64,000 nt of DNA from Prevotella sp. (GTDB lineage Bacteria; Bacteroidota; Bacteroidia; Bacteroidales; Bacteroidaceae). Within the stretch, counting starts at the first letter, position 1. Each line of letters begins with the position of its first letter. Below are positions 28,922-38,729 of this stretch, piece after piece. The DNA lies in contig JAGCOB010000012.1 in assembly GCA_017645645.1 (NCBI GenBank), forward strand, positions 20,597 through 84,596. Reading direction: 5' to 3'. Position numbers and translations under genes: made by a program. The notes beneath the pieces are model-generated. The model saw only the letters and a program-made list of their open reading frames with translations. It ran no database searches and was not told the DNA's origin.

Positions 28922-29970
28922 AGCTGGATGGTGACTTTAACGTGATAGATGTTATCTTGGAGGGATTGCTCCCATGTGTATTTGTCTTTGTAAATGAGTT
29001 CCAAGCGACGCTTGGTGTTCTCTATACCAATCCCTGATCCGCTGCGGTTCTGCTCGTCCTTCGGGTAGTTGGTGTTCTCACAGATAAAGGTCAGAAGGTG
29101 GTCATCAGTAGTCAAAGTGATATTGATGCGGGAGTCCCGTCCACTGCTGACTCCGTGTTTGAAGGCATTCTCAATCAGTGAGATAAAGAGGAGGGGAGCT
29201 ACCTCTAGTTGAGCGTTAAACGTTGAGAGTTGAGCGAGAACTTCTGTCCGCTCGTTGCAGCGTAGCCGCATCAGGTCGATATAGTTCTGCATGAATTCCA
29301 CTTCCCCCTTCAGTGGAACAGTCTCATGACGGGTCTCGTACATCGCATAGCGCAACAGGTCGCTTAGTTGGGCGATGGAGTCCTGTGCCTGATCAGCGTC
29401 AATCTGTACGAGTGATGAGATATTATTCAGAGTGTTGAAGAGGAAATGGGGGTTCAGCTGATTCTTCAACCATTCCAGTTCTGCCTCCGTATGTTTTTGT
29501 TTCTCCTCTGCCAGTTGTCGTTTGATTTCCTTGGTCCTGACTAAGTGATGAACCAGTAGGGCAAGTCCTGCCAAGGCAACATATACGAATAGGAAGAAAA
29601 CGGTGGAGGCATAGTAGCCTATAAGCGTTGCTTTCTTAAATTGCTCATTGGGCTGCATGTCCATGATGGTTTGTGGGTTCACAGAGAAATAGTGCCATGC
29701 GGTACCACAAAGGAACAGAAAATTGACAAGGAAGAACACCCATCGTCTGTTACGATAGTAACAAAGAGGTATCAGTATACAGAAATTGGCGAAGTAGACG
29801 CCGGCGGGCATGGCGATAATCCTTATCGAGTACATCATCGCATGGTAGGAATCCTGCCAGTTATGTGTACTGAAAAACGTAGTGATGGCGGGTACCAGCA
29901 TCAGTACCAGCCACACTACGATTTGTATTCCCAGCAATTCAAGGTCGCGTCTTGTGAAATGTATTTTCAT
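28918..29970 (-). CDS. LytS/YehU-type sensor histidine kinase
   Basis: Four N-terminal TM segments; LKNQLNPHFLFNTLNNI, LIENAFKHG, GSGIGIENTKRRL. Confidence 0.95.
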   Translation of the reverse strand: MKIHFTRRDLELLGIQIVVWLVLMLVPAITTFFSTHNWQDSYHAMMYSIRIIAMPAGVYFANFCILIPLCYYRNRRWVFFLVNFLFLCGTAWHYFSVNPQTIMDMQPNEQFKKATLIGYYASTVFFLFVYVALAGLALLVHHLVRTKEIKRQLAEEKQKHTEAELEWLKNQLNPHFLFNTLNNISSLVQIDADQAQDSIAQLSDLLRYAMYETRHETVPLKGEVEFMQNYIDLMRLRCNERTEVLAQLSTFNAQLEVAPLLFISLIENAFKHGVSSGRDSRINITLTTDDHLLTFICENTNYPKDEQNRSGSGIGIENTKRRLELIYKDKYTWEQSLQDNIYHVKVTIQL

Positions 29971-30034
29971 TGCTGCAAAAGTACGAAAAAGATTTTAATA
30001 ATCACTCAAAACTCTCAACTATTAGCTCTATGCG

Positions 30035-32509
30035 TTATTGTTGTCCCATCTGGGCACTATTGATAGTCTCACTCTGGCTCTGGTGCTCGATATAGTCATT
30101 CTCTACACGGCTCTGGTGCTGGCGGAACTGTTTCTTGGTATTACCGAAGCTATAGGCGATGCTGAAGGAAAAACTCTGCATAGGCACTTTGATCTGCATA
30201 TGGTTGGTGAAATCTTTGCCGTGTGAGTAGTTCTCGATATTCAGTTTACCGCCATTGCCAATACCTGTCATTCCAGACAAAGTGAGGGTCAGCTTGTCGT
30301 CAAAGAAGTTCTTGGAGATATTTGCAGTCAGGATGTTGAAACCAGTACTCCATCCCTGCAGGTTGTATCTCTTGGTGGAGGTAATCAGGTAAGCACCGAG
30401 TTTGAAGTTGGCTGGTAGTGTCTGCTGGAGTCCAACCATAGCATTGGCATGCCATCCGTTATTCTTCAGGTCAAGAGCTTTTGAGCGCATGTCGCTATAG
30501 TCTATGCCACCATTGAGGAAGATACGCGTGTTCTTGTGCAACAACCAGTTGGCATATACGTTGAGGCTGGTCACATGATTTTTTGCAGTATTGTCATAGG
30601 TGGTGTTTAACAGGTTGTTGTCGTCATAGAAGGAGAATTGTTCGATGGCGTTATCCGTAAAACTATGACGTAGGTTGACGTTGAGCATCAGTTTGGAAGA
30701 GAAGGTATTGAATACCAGTCCGATGTTGTGCAACTTCTCTGTGTCCAAATTAGGATTACCATAGGTCAATGCCGTAGGATTAGAGCGGTCTACGTAAGGG
30801 TTCAGGTAGCTGATACCAGGACGTGAGATACGCATGTTGTAAGTCAGTCCGATGTTTGTGGTGGGAGCGAAGTTATAGGTCAGACTGGCGGATGGAACCA
30901 GATTGCCATAGTTCGTTTTAAAATCAGCTCCGTTACCCAGACGGTAAGCGACGTTCTGCCATGTCTGCTCATAACGCAGTCCAGCCTTAGTTCCCCATTT
31001 TCCAAATTTACTGACGAACTCGGCATAGCCGGCGAGGATGCTGTTTTTGTAGTCATATTCCGAGCTAAGTTCCTCAGCATAGACATCAGCGAGATAATAC
31101 AAAGCTTCAGAAGTTGCCTTACGATGGCTGAACTTCAAACCGGCATTCAATGTATTGTTCTTGCCTAAAGGAGTGGTGTAGTCTGCTTGGAAAATATGGT
31201 CTGTGGTGCGCTCCTCATTATCAGAATAACGGTCAGTAAGATCTATCCAAGTGTTTTGTGTATCGGTCAGGTCGAACTTATTATCCATCTTATTATTGGT
31301 GGGCGCATATGTCAATTGGTAAGTCAGTGTCAGACTGCTGGTGCGCGCTTTGTTAAGGAAACGCTGGTAGTCAATACTCCCATTGAAGGAGGTACGGCTC
31401 ATCTTCATGTCGGTAGTGGTGCCGTAAGAATAGCCGTTGCCATAAATACCACCGCCCATATTGGTCGTGCTGTAACCATTGTTCTTCACATGGAAAGAGG
31501 TGATACCCGCAGTCAGTCCTAAGGTGCTCATTGAGTCTACCTCATAACTCATCGTCAGGTTACCCATCGTAAAGGGTGTCTTGGGTTTGGAGGTGGATGA
31601 TGTAGTCATCGTGGATGACACAGCACCAATCTGCTCCCGTTCCATCGTTGTTACGGTCTCACCAGGATTCGAGTGATTATACATAGCGTTGGCACTAAAC
31701 GACAGCTTGCCCTTCTGTCCACTGACAAAGGCACTGCCGCCCCAGCTTTTATTACCAACTTGGGCACGGATATTACCATTGTAACCATCCATGCTGCCAC
31801 CACCCATCGCAGATGCTGCCTCTTTGTTCATGACGATATTCAGGACTCCGGCACCACCCTCTGCATCATACTTGGCACCAGGGTTGGTGACTACCTCAAT
31901 GTTCTTTACCATTGAGGCAGGCATTGCCTTGAAGACCTGACTAGGTGCTGACGACATCATCATATTAGGCTTTCCGTCCACATATACCTTGAAGGAGGTG
32001 GAGCCGTTGACGGAGATATTATCCTCGCCGTCAACAGTCACCATAGGTACTTTGCGTAACATGTCCAGCACGGTGGATGCCTTGGAGTCGGCATCCTCCT
32101 GTACATTATATGACATCTTATCGACTTCCATTTTAACCAAAGGCTTCTGGGCGACAATCTCTACGCCTTGCAGCATCTGGGCATCCTCACTGATAAGGAT
32201 GGTGCCAAGGTCTATCTTCTGCTCTTTACCTAAAGTGATCTGTCGTACAGCATCACGTTTGCCAACGCTGCTTAACTGTACTATATACTTCCCGCTGCCA
32301 TTGACCTCCTGGCGGAAACGTCCTTCCAGGTCTGTCAGTCCCATAGCGGCAGGCTTCTGTTGTTTGCCAGCCTTGAAGATACGAACAGTGGCATAGGGCT
32401 CTGGCTCTTGGAAGGTGGAATCTACGAGAACACCTGTTACTACTGTCTTCTGTGCCATTGCCAGTGTGGCAACGAAACTCATCATAATGACGAAGATTGT
32501 TTTTTTCAT
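30035..32509 (-). CDS. TonB-dependent receptor-like outer-membrane beta-barrel protein
   Basis: Signal peptide, carboxypeptidase-regulatory-like N-domain, plug (LRKVPMVTVD...IEVVTNPGAKYDAEG), GLRYEQT, GNPNL, C-terminal AYSFG. Confidence 0.88.
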   Translation of the reverse strand: MKKTIFVIMMSFVATLAMAQKTVVTGVLVDSTFQEPEPYATVRIFKAGKQQKPAAMGLTDLEGRFRQEVNGSGKYIVQLSSVGKRDAVRQITLGKEQKIDLGTILISEDAQMLQGVEIVAQKPLVKMEVDKMSYNVQEDADSKASTVLDMLRKVPMVTVDGEDNISVNGSTSFKVYVDGKPNMMMSSAPSQVFKAMPASMVKNIEVVTNPGAKYDAEGGAGVLNIVMNKEAASAMGGGSMDGYNGNIRAQVGNKSWGGSAFVSGQKGKLSFSANAMYNHSNPGETVTTMEREQIGAVSSTMTTSSTSKPKTPFTMGNLTMSYEVDSMSTLGLTAGITSFHVKNNGYSTTNMGGGIYGNGYSYGTTTDMKMSRTSFNGSIDYQRFLNKARTSSLTLTYQLTYAPTNNKMDNKFDLTDTQNTWIDLTDRYSDNEERTTDHIFQADYTTPLGKNNTLNAGLKFSHRKATSEALYYLADVYAEELSSEYDYKNSILAGYAEFVSKFGKWGTKAGLRYEQTWQNVAYRLGNGADFKTNYGNLVPSASLTYNFAPTTNIGLTYNMRISRPGISYLNPYVDRSNPTALTYGNPNLDTEKLHNIGLVFNTFSSKLMLNVNLRHSFTDNAIEQFSFYDDNNLLNTTYDNTAKNHVTSLNVYANWLLHKNTRIFLNGGIDYSDMRSKALDLKNNGWHANAMVGLQQTLPANFKLGAYLITSTKRYNLQGWSTGFNILTANISKNFFDDKLTLTLSGMTGIGNGGKLNIENYSHGKDFTNHMQIKVPMQSFSFSIAYSFGNTKKQFRQHQSRVENDYIEHQSQSETINSAQMGQQ

Positions 32510-32577
32510 ATTCTTTTTTGCTTTTTTTTTCTAAATCTGATGCAAAGGTAGGATGAAAAGTGATATGCTCCAAGTTG

Positions 32578-32613
32578 CTTTCGACGAAATAACTCCTGTC
32601 TTTCGACGAAATA
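32578..32613. promoter_or_regulatory. Perfect 14-bp direct repeat, candidate LytTR operator
   Basis: CTTTCGACGAAATA at 32578-32591 and 32600-32613 (22-bp period), between divergent -7 boxes at 32543-32550 (-) and 32628-32635 (+). Confidence 0.65.
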
Positions 32614-32667
32614 TGGAAATAAAGTAGTACCTTTGCAGACATAACTCATGCGTTACGATATTTTTTA

Positions 32668-33876
32668 ATGGAAAAGAATGTTATGAAGAAAGTTCTTCTT
32701 TTTTTGATGATAACTTTGGCATGGAATGCTCATGCACAGTCATCAATGGAATTGACTGCCACAGAAGTTGCTGTAAAGATGATACCAGGATGGAATCTTG
32801 GCAATACAATGGAGGCGGGTGACAAAGCTCATAATTTCACCAATAAAGGTGGATTGGATGCAGAGACTGCCTGGCAGGATACTCGCACGACTCAGGAAAT
32901 CATCAATTATGTTCGCTCACTGGGTTTCCGTTCAATTCGTATTCCTTGTGCATGGGTGATGGGACATATTTCCGATTCCACTAATTATACAATTGACCCA
33001 GCGTGGATGGCACGTGTGAAGGAGATCGTTGACTATTCCCTGAATGCCGGACTTTATGTGGTTATCAACCAGCATTGGGATGGCGGCTGGCTGGAAAATA
33101 GCATTGCTAATACTGATCCTGATGTCATTGCCAAAAACAAAACTGTCTTAAAACGTGTCTGGGAACAGATAGCCGAAACCTTTAAAGGTTATGACGAGCG
33201 ATTGCTATTTGCTGGATTGAATGAGCCGGAAGCTAAGGACCAGGCTGCTACCGATAATCTGTTGGAGTATGAGCAGGATTTCATCAAAACGGTACGCTAT
33301 TCTGGGGGTAACAATGCCCAGCGTATCTTAATCATACAGGGACCGTCTACCAATATCGACCATACATGTCAGTTCATGACGAAACTGCCTGTCGACCTTG
33401 TTTCTCAACGTCTGATGATAGAAGTCCATTATTATGAGCCTTGGCAATGGTGGGGCATGGAGAAAGACGAAAACTGGGGTAAGGTGTTTTATTATTGGGG
33501 TACCGAAAACCATGTCAACGGATCGGAACATAATGCTAATCATGGAGAGGAGGACTACATGGAGGAGCAATTGGAGAAGATGCGCAGACAATTTGCCGAA
33601 AAAGGCATCCCCGTTTATATTGGTGAATTTGGGGCCAACTGGCGCGCGATAACGAGTGCCAATGAGAGTCAGGATAAGCATAATAGCAGTATTCAGTATC
33701 ATTATAAGACATTCCTGAAGAAATGTTTCCAGAAAGGACTGATTCCTGTCGTATGGGATACGAATTATCGTGGAAAACCTTCTATGACGATGATCAATCG
33801 GAAAGACCAGGACATCTATAATGAGTATATGATGAAGGGACTTCATGAGGCTATGGAGGAGGCTGTTGTCAAATGA
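32668..33876 (+). CDS. Glycoside hydrolase family 5 (cellulase/endoglucanase-like)
   Basis: GWNLGNTME, GFRSIRIP, NQHWD, LNEP (acid/base), HYY, IGEFG (nucleophile), VWD; start may be 32683. Confidence 0.93.
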   Translation: MEKNVMKKVLLFLMITLAWNAHAQSSMELTATEVAVKMIPGWNLGNTMEAGDKAHNFTNKGGLDAETAWQDTRTTQEIINYVRSLGFRSIRIPCAWVMGHISDSTNYTIDPAWMARVKEIVDYSLNAGLYVVINQHWDGGWLENSIANTDPDVIAKNKTVLKRVWEQIAETFKGYDERLLFAGLNEPEAKDQAATDNLLEYEQDFIKTVRYSGGNNAQRILIIQGPSTNIDHTCQFMTKLPVDLVSQRLMIEVHYYEPWQWWGMEKDENWGKVFYYWGTENHVNGSEHNANHGEEDYMEEQLEKMRRQFAEKGIPVYIGEFGANWRAITSANESQDKHNSSIQYHYKTFLKKCFQKGLIPVVWDTNYRGKPSMTMINRKDQDIYNEYMMKGLHEAMEEAVVK

Positions 33877-34853
33877 GTTTTGCTTTGACGCTTTTACAAT
33901 GGTTTCACCAGAACGGTCGTGTGCTTCCATGGAGGGAAACGCGTGATCCTTATGCGATATGGCTGTCGGAGATTATCCTGCAACAGACCCGTATCGATCA
34001 GGGGTTGCCGTATTGGCAGCGTTTCATGCAACGGTGGCCTATAGTAGAGGAACTGGCAGCAGCTACAGAGGATGAGGTGTTGTGTGAATGGCAGGGGCTG
34101 GGCTATTATAGTCGCGCAAGGAATCTGCATACAGCAGCAAGGCAGGTGGTGGCGATGGGAGGATTCCCCCGAACCCTGGAGGGTATCAAAAGTCTCAAGG
34201 GTGTTGGTGACTATACGGCAGCCGCTATCGGCTCTATCGCCTTCGACCTGCCAGCAGCCGTCGTTGATGGGAATGTTTATCGGGTATTATCTCGCTATTA
34301 TGGTATTGCCACACCTATCAATACCACGGGGGGCAAGAAAGAGTTTGCTGCATTGGCACAAAGTCTGCTGCCGAAAAATGAGGCATCCATTTTCAATCAG
34401 GCGATGATGGACTTCGGTGCTATCCAATGTACCCCATCAACCCCACATTGCCCATCCTGCCCATTACAAGAGACCTGCATCGCCTTCCGCGAGAATAAAG
34501 TTACAGAACTGCCCGTCAAGCAAAAGACCTTGAAAATCAAAGAGCGTCATCTGACTTATATATATATAAGGTATAAGGGGGAGACTGCCATTCATCGTCG
34601 TTCTGCCAGAGACATCTGGCAAGGGCTCTATGAACCCTGGCTTACTGACGTTGTTCCTTCTAGTGCTGTGTTACAGTGCCGAAACCTCAAGCACGTCCTG
34701 ACCCATCGCATCATCTATGCCGACTTCTACTTGTGGGAACCAACAGAAAGGCCTTCGCTGCCTGATGACTATTTATGGATTAAGGAAACGGATATCGATA
34801 AATATGGTATCCCTCGACTAATAGATATCTTTTTGCAGAAGCTCAATGAATAA
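33873..34853 (+). CDS. mutY: A/G-specific adenine glycosylase
   Basis: LPWRETRDPYAIWLSEIILQQTR, WQGLGYYSRARNLH, LKGVGDYTA, VDGNV, CxxxxxxCxxCxxxxxC. Confidence 0.96.
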   Translation: MSFALTLLQWFHQNGRVLPWRETRDPYAIWLSEIILQQTRIDQGLPYWQRFMQRWPIVEELAAATEDEVLCEWQGLGYYSRARNLHTAARQVVAMGGFPRTLEGIKSLKGVGDYTAAAIGSIAFDLPAAVVDGNVYRVLSRYYGIATPINTTGGKKEFAALAQSLLPKNEASIFNQAMMDFGAIQCTPSTPHCPSCPLQETCIAFRENKVTELPVKQKTLKIKERHLTYIYIRYKGETAIHRRSARDIWQGLYEPWLTDVVPSSAVLQCRNLKHVLTHRIIYADFYLWEPTERPSLPDDYLWIKETDIDKYGIPRLIDIFLQKLNE

Positions 34854-35433
34854 TATGGAGAGAATAAATATCGCCATCTTTGTATCAGGAAGTGGTACGA
34901 ACTGTGAGAACCTGATTAAATATTTCAGTGGTTTTGAACGCTATCGTTGTGCCTTGGTCGTCAGTAACAAGCCTGAGGCTCCTGCCTTGGAACGGGCAGA
35001 GCGTTTAGGTGTGGAAACGGCAGTAACTCCCAAACCGCAATTAAATGATGCGGATGTCATGATGCCGTTACTTCGTCAGTATGATATACAGTTTATTGTC
35101 TTGGCAGGTTTCCTGCCCCTGATTCCTGATTTCCTTATTGATGCCTTCCCCCGTCGTATCATCAATATCCACCCTGCCCTTTTGCCGAAATATGGTGGAA
35201 AGGGTATGTGGGGACATCATGTCCATGAGGCTGTGAAGGCTGCTGGAGAAACGGAGACAGGTATGACTGTGCATTATGTGACCCCTGTCTGTGATTCTGG
35301 TGAGATGATTGCGCAATACAAGGTGGCGCTTTCTCCTGACGATACTGCCGACGATATCGCAGCCAAGGAGCATCAGTTGGAGATGAAGTATTATCCTTTA
35401 GTCGTGGAAAAGGTTCTCAACGAAACGTTTTAG
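34846..35433 (+). CDS. purN: Phosphoribosylglycinamide formyltransferase
   Basis: FVSGSGTN, VLAGF, INIHPALLPKYGG. Confidence 0.95.
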   Translation: MNNMERINIAIFVSGSGTNCENLIKYFSGFERYRCALVVSNKPEAPALERAERLGVETAVTPKPQLNDADVMMPLLRQYDIQFIVLAGFLPLIPDFLIDAFPRRIINIHPALLPKYGGKGMWGHHVHEAVKAAGETETGMTVHYVTPVCDSGEMIAQYKVALSPDDTADDIAAKEHQLEMKYYPLVVEKVLNETF

Positions 35434-35435
35434 CG

Positions 35436-35789
35436 ATGGCAGAACATAATGATTTAGGTAAATGGGGTGAAGACCTCGCTGTTGATTATTTACAGCGCAA
35501 GGGCTATGTCATTTTGGAACGTGACTGGAGGAGCGGTCATCGTGATCTGGATATCATCGCATTGGATGGTGATGTGGTGGTCTTTGTAGAAGTAAAGACA
35601 CGCCGCAACTGTCTGTTTACCGATCCTGTCGATGCGGTGGGATATCAAAAGATTCGCAACCTGCAACAGGCTGCGAATCATTATGTGAAATATCGTCAGA
35701 TAGACTGTGATATTCGTTTTGATATTATTTCTATCATCGGGTCAGTGGGTGCTGAACCGGAGATAGAGCATATCGCAGATGCTTTCTGA
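35436..35789 (+). CDS. YraN/UPF0102 family predicted endonuclease
   Basis: LGKWGEDLA, DLDIIA, VFVEVKTR, RFDII. Confidence 0.93.
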   Translation: MAEHNDLGKWGEDLAVDYLQRKGYVILERDWRSGHRDLDIIALDGDVVVFVEVKTRRNCLFTDPVDAVGYQKIRNLQQAANHYVKYRQIDCDIRFDIISIIGSVGAEPEIEHIADAF

Positions 35790-35792
35790 TAC

Positions 35793-37517
35793 TTATGCTT
35801 CCTCAGCCTCAGCAGCCTTGAAATTCTCGAGGTCCTCTACACGGAAGGCCTTGATGTAAGCAGACTTACCATAGACATCCTCTTCCGTCATGCGAACATA
35901 GACGTTGGCAGACTTCTCAAACAACTCGGGAGCCTTGGTAGCGTCGCGGATGATGAGCAGGCTCATCACAAGTTCAGCAGTCATGTCATAGAGACGACGG
36001 GCAAGGAAGTCCTGAGCATCCTGGTTCTCCAGAGCCTTGACATTGGCAAGAGCCTCCTCATAGACAGGAATCAGTTTCTCCACACGAGTCTTGAGAGCAG
36101 CATTTGCCTCTGAAGGCAGGGCAGCGAACATCTCCTTGATATTGTTCAGCATTGTGCCGTTGGTGATATAGCGGATGGCGGCAACAACCTGCAACTGCGT
36201 GGTACCCTCATAGATAGAGAAGATACGGGCATCGCGGAACAAACGCTGGCTCTTGTACTCCATGATAAAGCCTGAACCACCATGGATACTGATAGCATCA
36301 TAGGCGTTCTGGTTGGCATATTCGGAGTTCATACCCTTGGCAAGTGGGGTGAAGGCATCAGCCAGACGCTGGTACTTCTTCAACTCCTGCTTCTCCTCGG
36401 GCTCCAACTTACGATCACGCTCGATATCCTCTAAGCACTTGTAGACATCCACATAGCAAGCAGTTTCATAAAGCAGAGAACGACCAGCGTCAAGTTTAGC
36501 CTTCATACGAGAGAGCATATCATAGACAGCGGGGAAGTTGATGATCTTATCGCCAAACTGCTGACGCTCCTTGGCGTATGCCAGTCCCTCGTTGTAAGCC
36601 TCCTGCTCGACACCTACTGACTGTGCGGCGATACCCAGACGGGCACCGTTCATCAGGGCCATCACATATTTAATCAATCCCAGACGGGTGCTACCGCAGA
36701 GTTCTGCCTTGGCATTCTTATAAGTCAACTCACAAGTGGGTGAGCCGTGGATACCGAGCTTATGCTCGATGTGACGCACATTCACACCGCCCTGGCGCTT
36801 GTCGTAGATGAACATGGACAGGCCACGTCCGTCCTTCGTGCCTTCCTCAGAACGAGCCAGCACGAGGTGGATGTCTGAGTCACCGTTGGTGATGAAACGC
36901 TTCACACCATTCAGACGCCAGCAGTTCTCCTTCTCATCGAAGGTAGCCTTCAACATCACACGCTGCAGGTCAGAACCGGCATCAGGCTCCGTCAAGTCCA
37001 TACTCATACCCTCACCTGCGCAAACACGGGGGATATATTTCTGACGCTGCTCCTCAGAACCGAATTCATACAGGGTGTCGATACAGCTCTGCAGACTCCA
37101 AATGTTCTGGAAACCGGCATCAGCAGCACTAATCATCTCACTCAACATGGAGAACACTGCGTTAGGCAGGTTCAGACCACCGTAACGACGAGGCATACTT
37201 ACACCCCACAGACCAGCCTTGCGGGTAGCGTCGAGGTTCTCGTAAGTCTTAGAGGCGTAGATCATACGACCGTTCTCGAGGTGTGGACCTTCGAGGTCAA
37301 CGCTCTCAGAGTTTGGCTCGATGATGTTGGCAGCCACGTCGCCAGTGATGTCGAGAATCTGCTTGTAGTTCTCGATGGCATCGCCCAGGTCAACGGGAGC
37401 GTAGTCATACTTCTTGGCATCTTCGAAGTTGCGCTCCTTGAGCTCAACGATGCGCTTCATCAGAGGATGGTTCAGATAGAATCCAATCTCTGGGTGATCA
37501 CTATAATAGTTTGCCAT
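35793..37517 (-). CDS. Acyl-CoA dehydrogenase
   Basis: MDLTEPDAGSDL, LNGVKRFITNG, KLGIHGSPT, RQQFG, IYEGTTQLQ. Confidence 0.94.
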   Translation of the reverse strand: MANYYSDHPEIGFYLNHPLMKRIVELKERNFEDAKKYDYAPVDLGDAIENYKQILDITGDVAANIIEPNSESVDLEGPHLENGRMIYASKTYENLDATRKAGLWGVSMPRRYGGLNLPNAVFSMLSEMISAADAGFQNIWSLQSCIDTLYEFGSEEQRQKYIPRVCAGEGMSMDLTEPDAGSDLQRVMLKATFDEKENCWRLNGVKRFITNGDSDIHLVLARSEEGTKDGRGLSMFIYDKRQGGVNVRHIEHKLGIHGSPTCELTYKNAKAELCGSTRLGLIKYVMALMNGARLGIAAQSVGVEQEAYNEGLAYAKERQQFGDKIINFPAVYDMLSRMKAKLDAGRSLLYETACYVDVYKCLEDIERDRKLEPEEKQELKKYQRLADAFTPLAKGMNSEYANQNAYDAISIHGGSGFIMEYKSQRLFRDARIFSIYEGTTQLQVVAAIRYITNGTMLNNIKEMFAALPSEANAALKTRVEKLIPVYEEALANVKALENQDAQDFLARRLYDMTAELVMSLLIIRDATKAPELFEKSANVYVRMTEEDVYGKSAYIKAFRVEDLENFKAAEAEEA

Positions 37518-37519
37518 AA

Positions 37520-37699
37520 TTATTCTTTGTTGTTTTCAATCTTTCTTGATAAGATGTAGTTTATAGAACACGTTACGGTAAGTAGTGCATAAGCAATGCC
37601 TGTTTTTAGCTGATTATTACAAAAGCTGAAAATGCTGAATGCAAGTGCTGCTAGTGCTACTAAACCATTGGCTATTCGCCACACCTTTCTCTTTTCCAT
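37520..37699 (-). CDS. 59-aa two-TM membrane microprotein (not in ORF track)
   Basis: Manual translation MEKRKVWRIANGLVALAALAFSIFSFCNNQLKTGIAYALLTVTCSINYILSRKIENNKE; ATG overlaps the etfA stop (TAATG) and its stop lies 2 bp before the acyl-CoA dehydrogenase ATG. Confidence 0.72.
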   Translation of the reverse strand: MEKRKVWRIANGLVALAALAFSIFSFCNNQLKTGIAYALLTVTCSINYILSRKIENNKE

Positions 37700-38724
37700 T
37701 ACTTTGAGTTCTGCTTATAATATTTGATCAACTTAGGTACAACCTCCTCAACGGTGCCAACAATCACGTAGTCGGCGATTTTGTTGATAGGAGCATCGGG
37801 ATCGCTGTTAACAGAGATGATGATACCAGAATCCTGCATACCAGCGATGTGCTGAATCTGTCCAGAGATACCACAGGCGATATATACCTTTGGATGAACG
37901 GTAACACCCGTCTGACCAATCTGACGATCGTGGTCAATCCAACCAGCATCCACGGCAGCACGAGAGCCACCCACCTCACCATGAAGAACCTTGGCGAGTG
38001 TAAACAACTGGTCGAAACCTTCCTTAGAACCAACACCATAACCACCAGCAACCACGATGGGCGCACCCTTCAGGTTATGCTTGGCAGCCTCAACATGGTG
38101 GTCGAGTACCTTCACAACGAAAGCTTCGGGGCTTACATACTTAGAAACCTCAGGATAAACAACCTCCTTCTTGCACTCACCCTCATAGATAGCCTTCTGC
38201 ATCACACCACTACGAACAGTTGCCATCTGAGGACGATGGTCTGGGTTCACGATAGTAGCCACGATGTTACCACCAAAGGCTGGACGAATCTGATAGAGCA
38301 GGTTCTCATAGACCTTCTCATTCTTCTTATCCTCATAAGGACCAATCTCGAGTTCTGTACAGTCAGCCGTCAGACCAGAGGTCAGTGAAGAACTAACACG
38401 AGGACCAAGGTCGCGACCAATAACAGTAGCACCCATCAGACAAATCTGCGGCTGCTCTTCTTTGAAGAGGTTCACGAGGATGTCAGTATGTGGAGCAGAA
38501 GTGTAAGGGAACAAGTCCTTAGCGTCGAACACAAACAGTTTATCGACACCATAAGGCAGAATCTGATCCTCTACTTTACCCTTAATGCCTGTGCCGGCAA
38601 CAACAGCGTGGAGTTCCACTTTCAGTTCATTGGCGAGCTTGCGACCCTTGGTCAGCAGCTCCTGAGATACTTCCTGTACCAGAGTACCTTCTATTTCGCA
38701 ATATACAAATACGTTGTTAGCCAT
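37699..38724 (-). CDS. etfA: Electron transfer flavoprotein alpha subunit
   Basis: GLTADCT, RPAFGGN, GGSRAAVD, QIGQTG, GISGQIQH. Confidence 0.96.
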   Translation of the reverse strand: MANNVFVYCEIEGTLVQEVSQELLTKGRKLANELKVELHAVVAGTGIKGKVEDQILPYGVDKLFVFDAKDLFPYTSAPHTDILVNLFKEEQPQICLMGATVIGRDLGPRVSSSLTSGLTADCTELEIGPYEDKKNEKVYENLLYQIRPAFGGNIVATIVNPDHRPQMATVRSGVMQKAIYEGECKKEVVYPEVSKYVSPEAFVVKVLDHHVEAAKHNLKGAPIVVAGGYGVGSKEGFDQLFTLAKVLHGEVGGSRAAVDAGWIDHDRQIGQTGVTVHPKVYIACGISGQIQHIAGMQDSGIIISVNSDPDAPINKIADYVIVGTVEEVVPKLIKYYKQNSK

Positions 38725-38729
38725 ATCTC

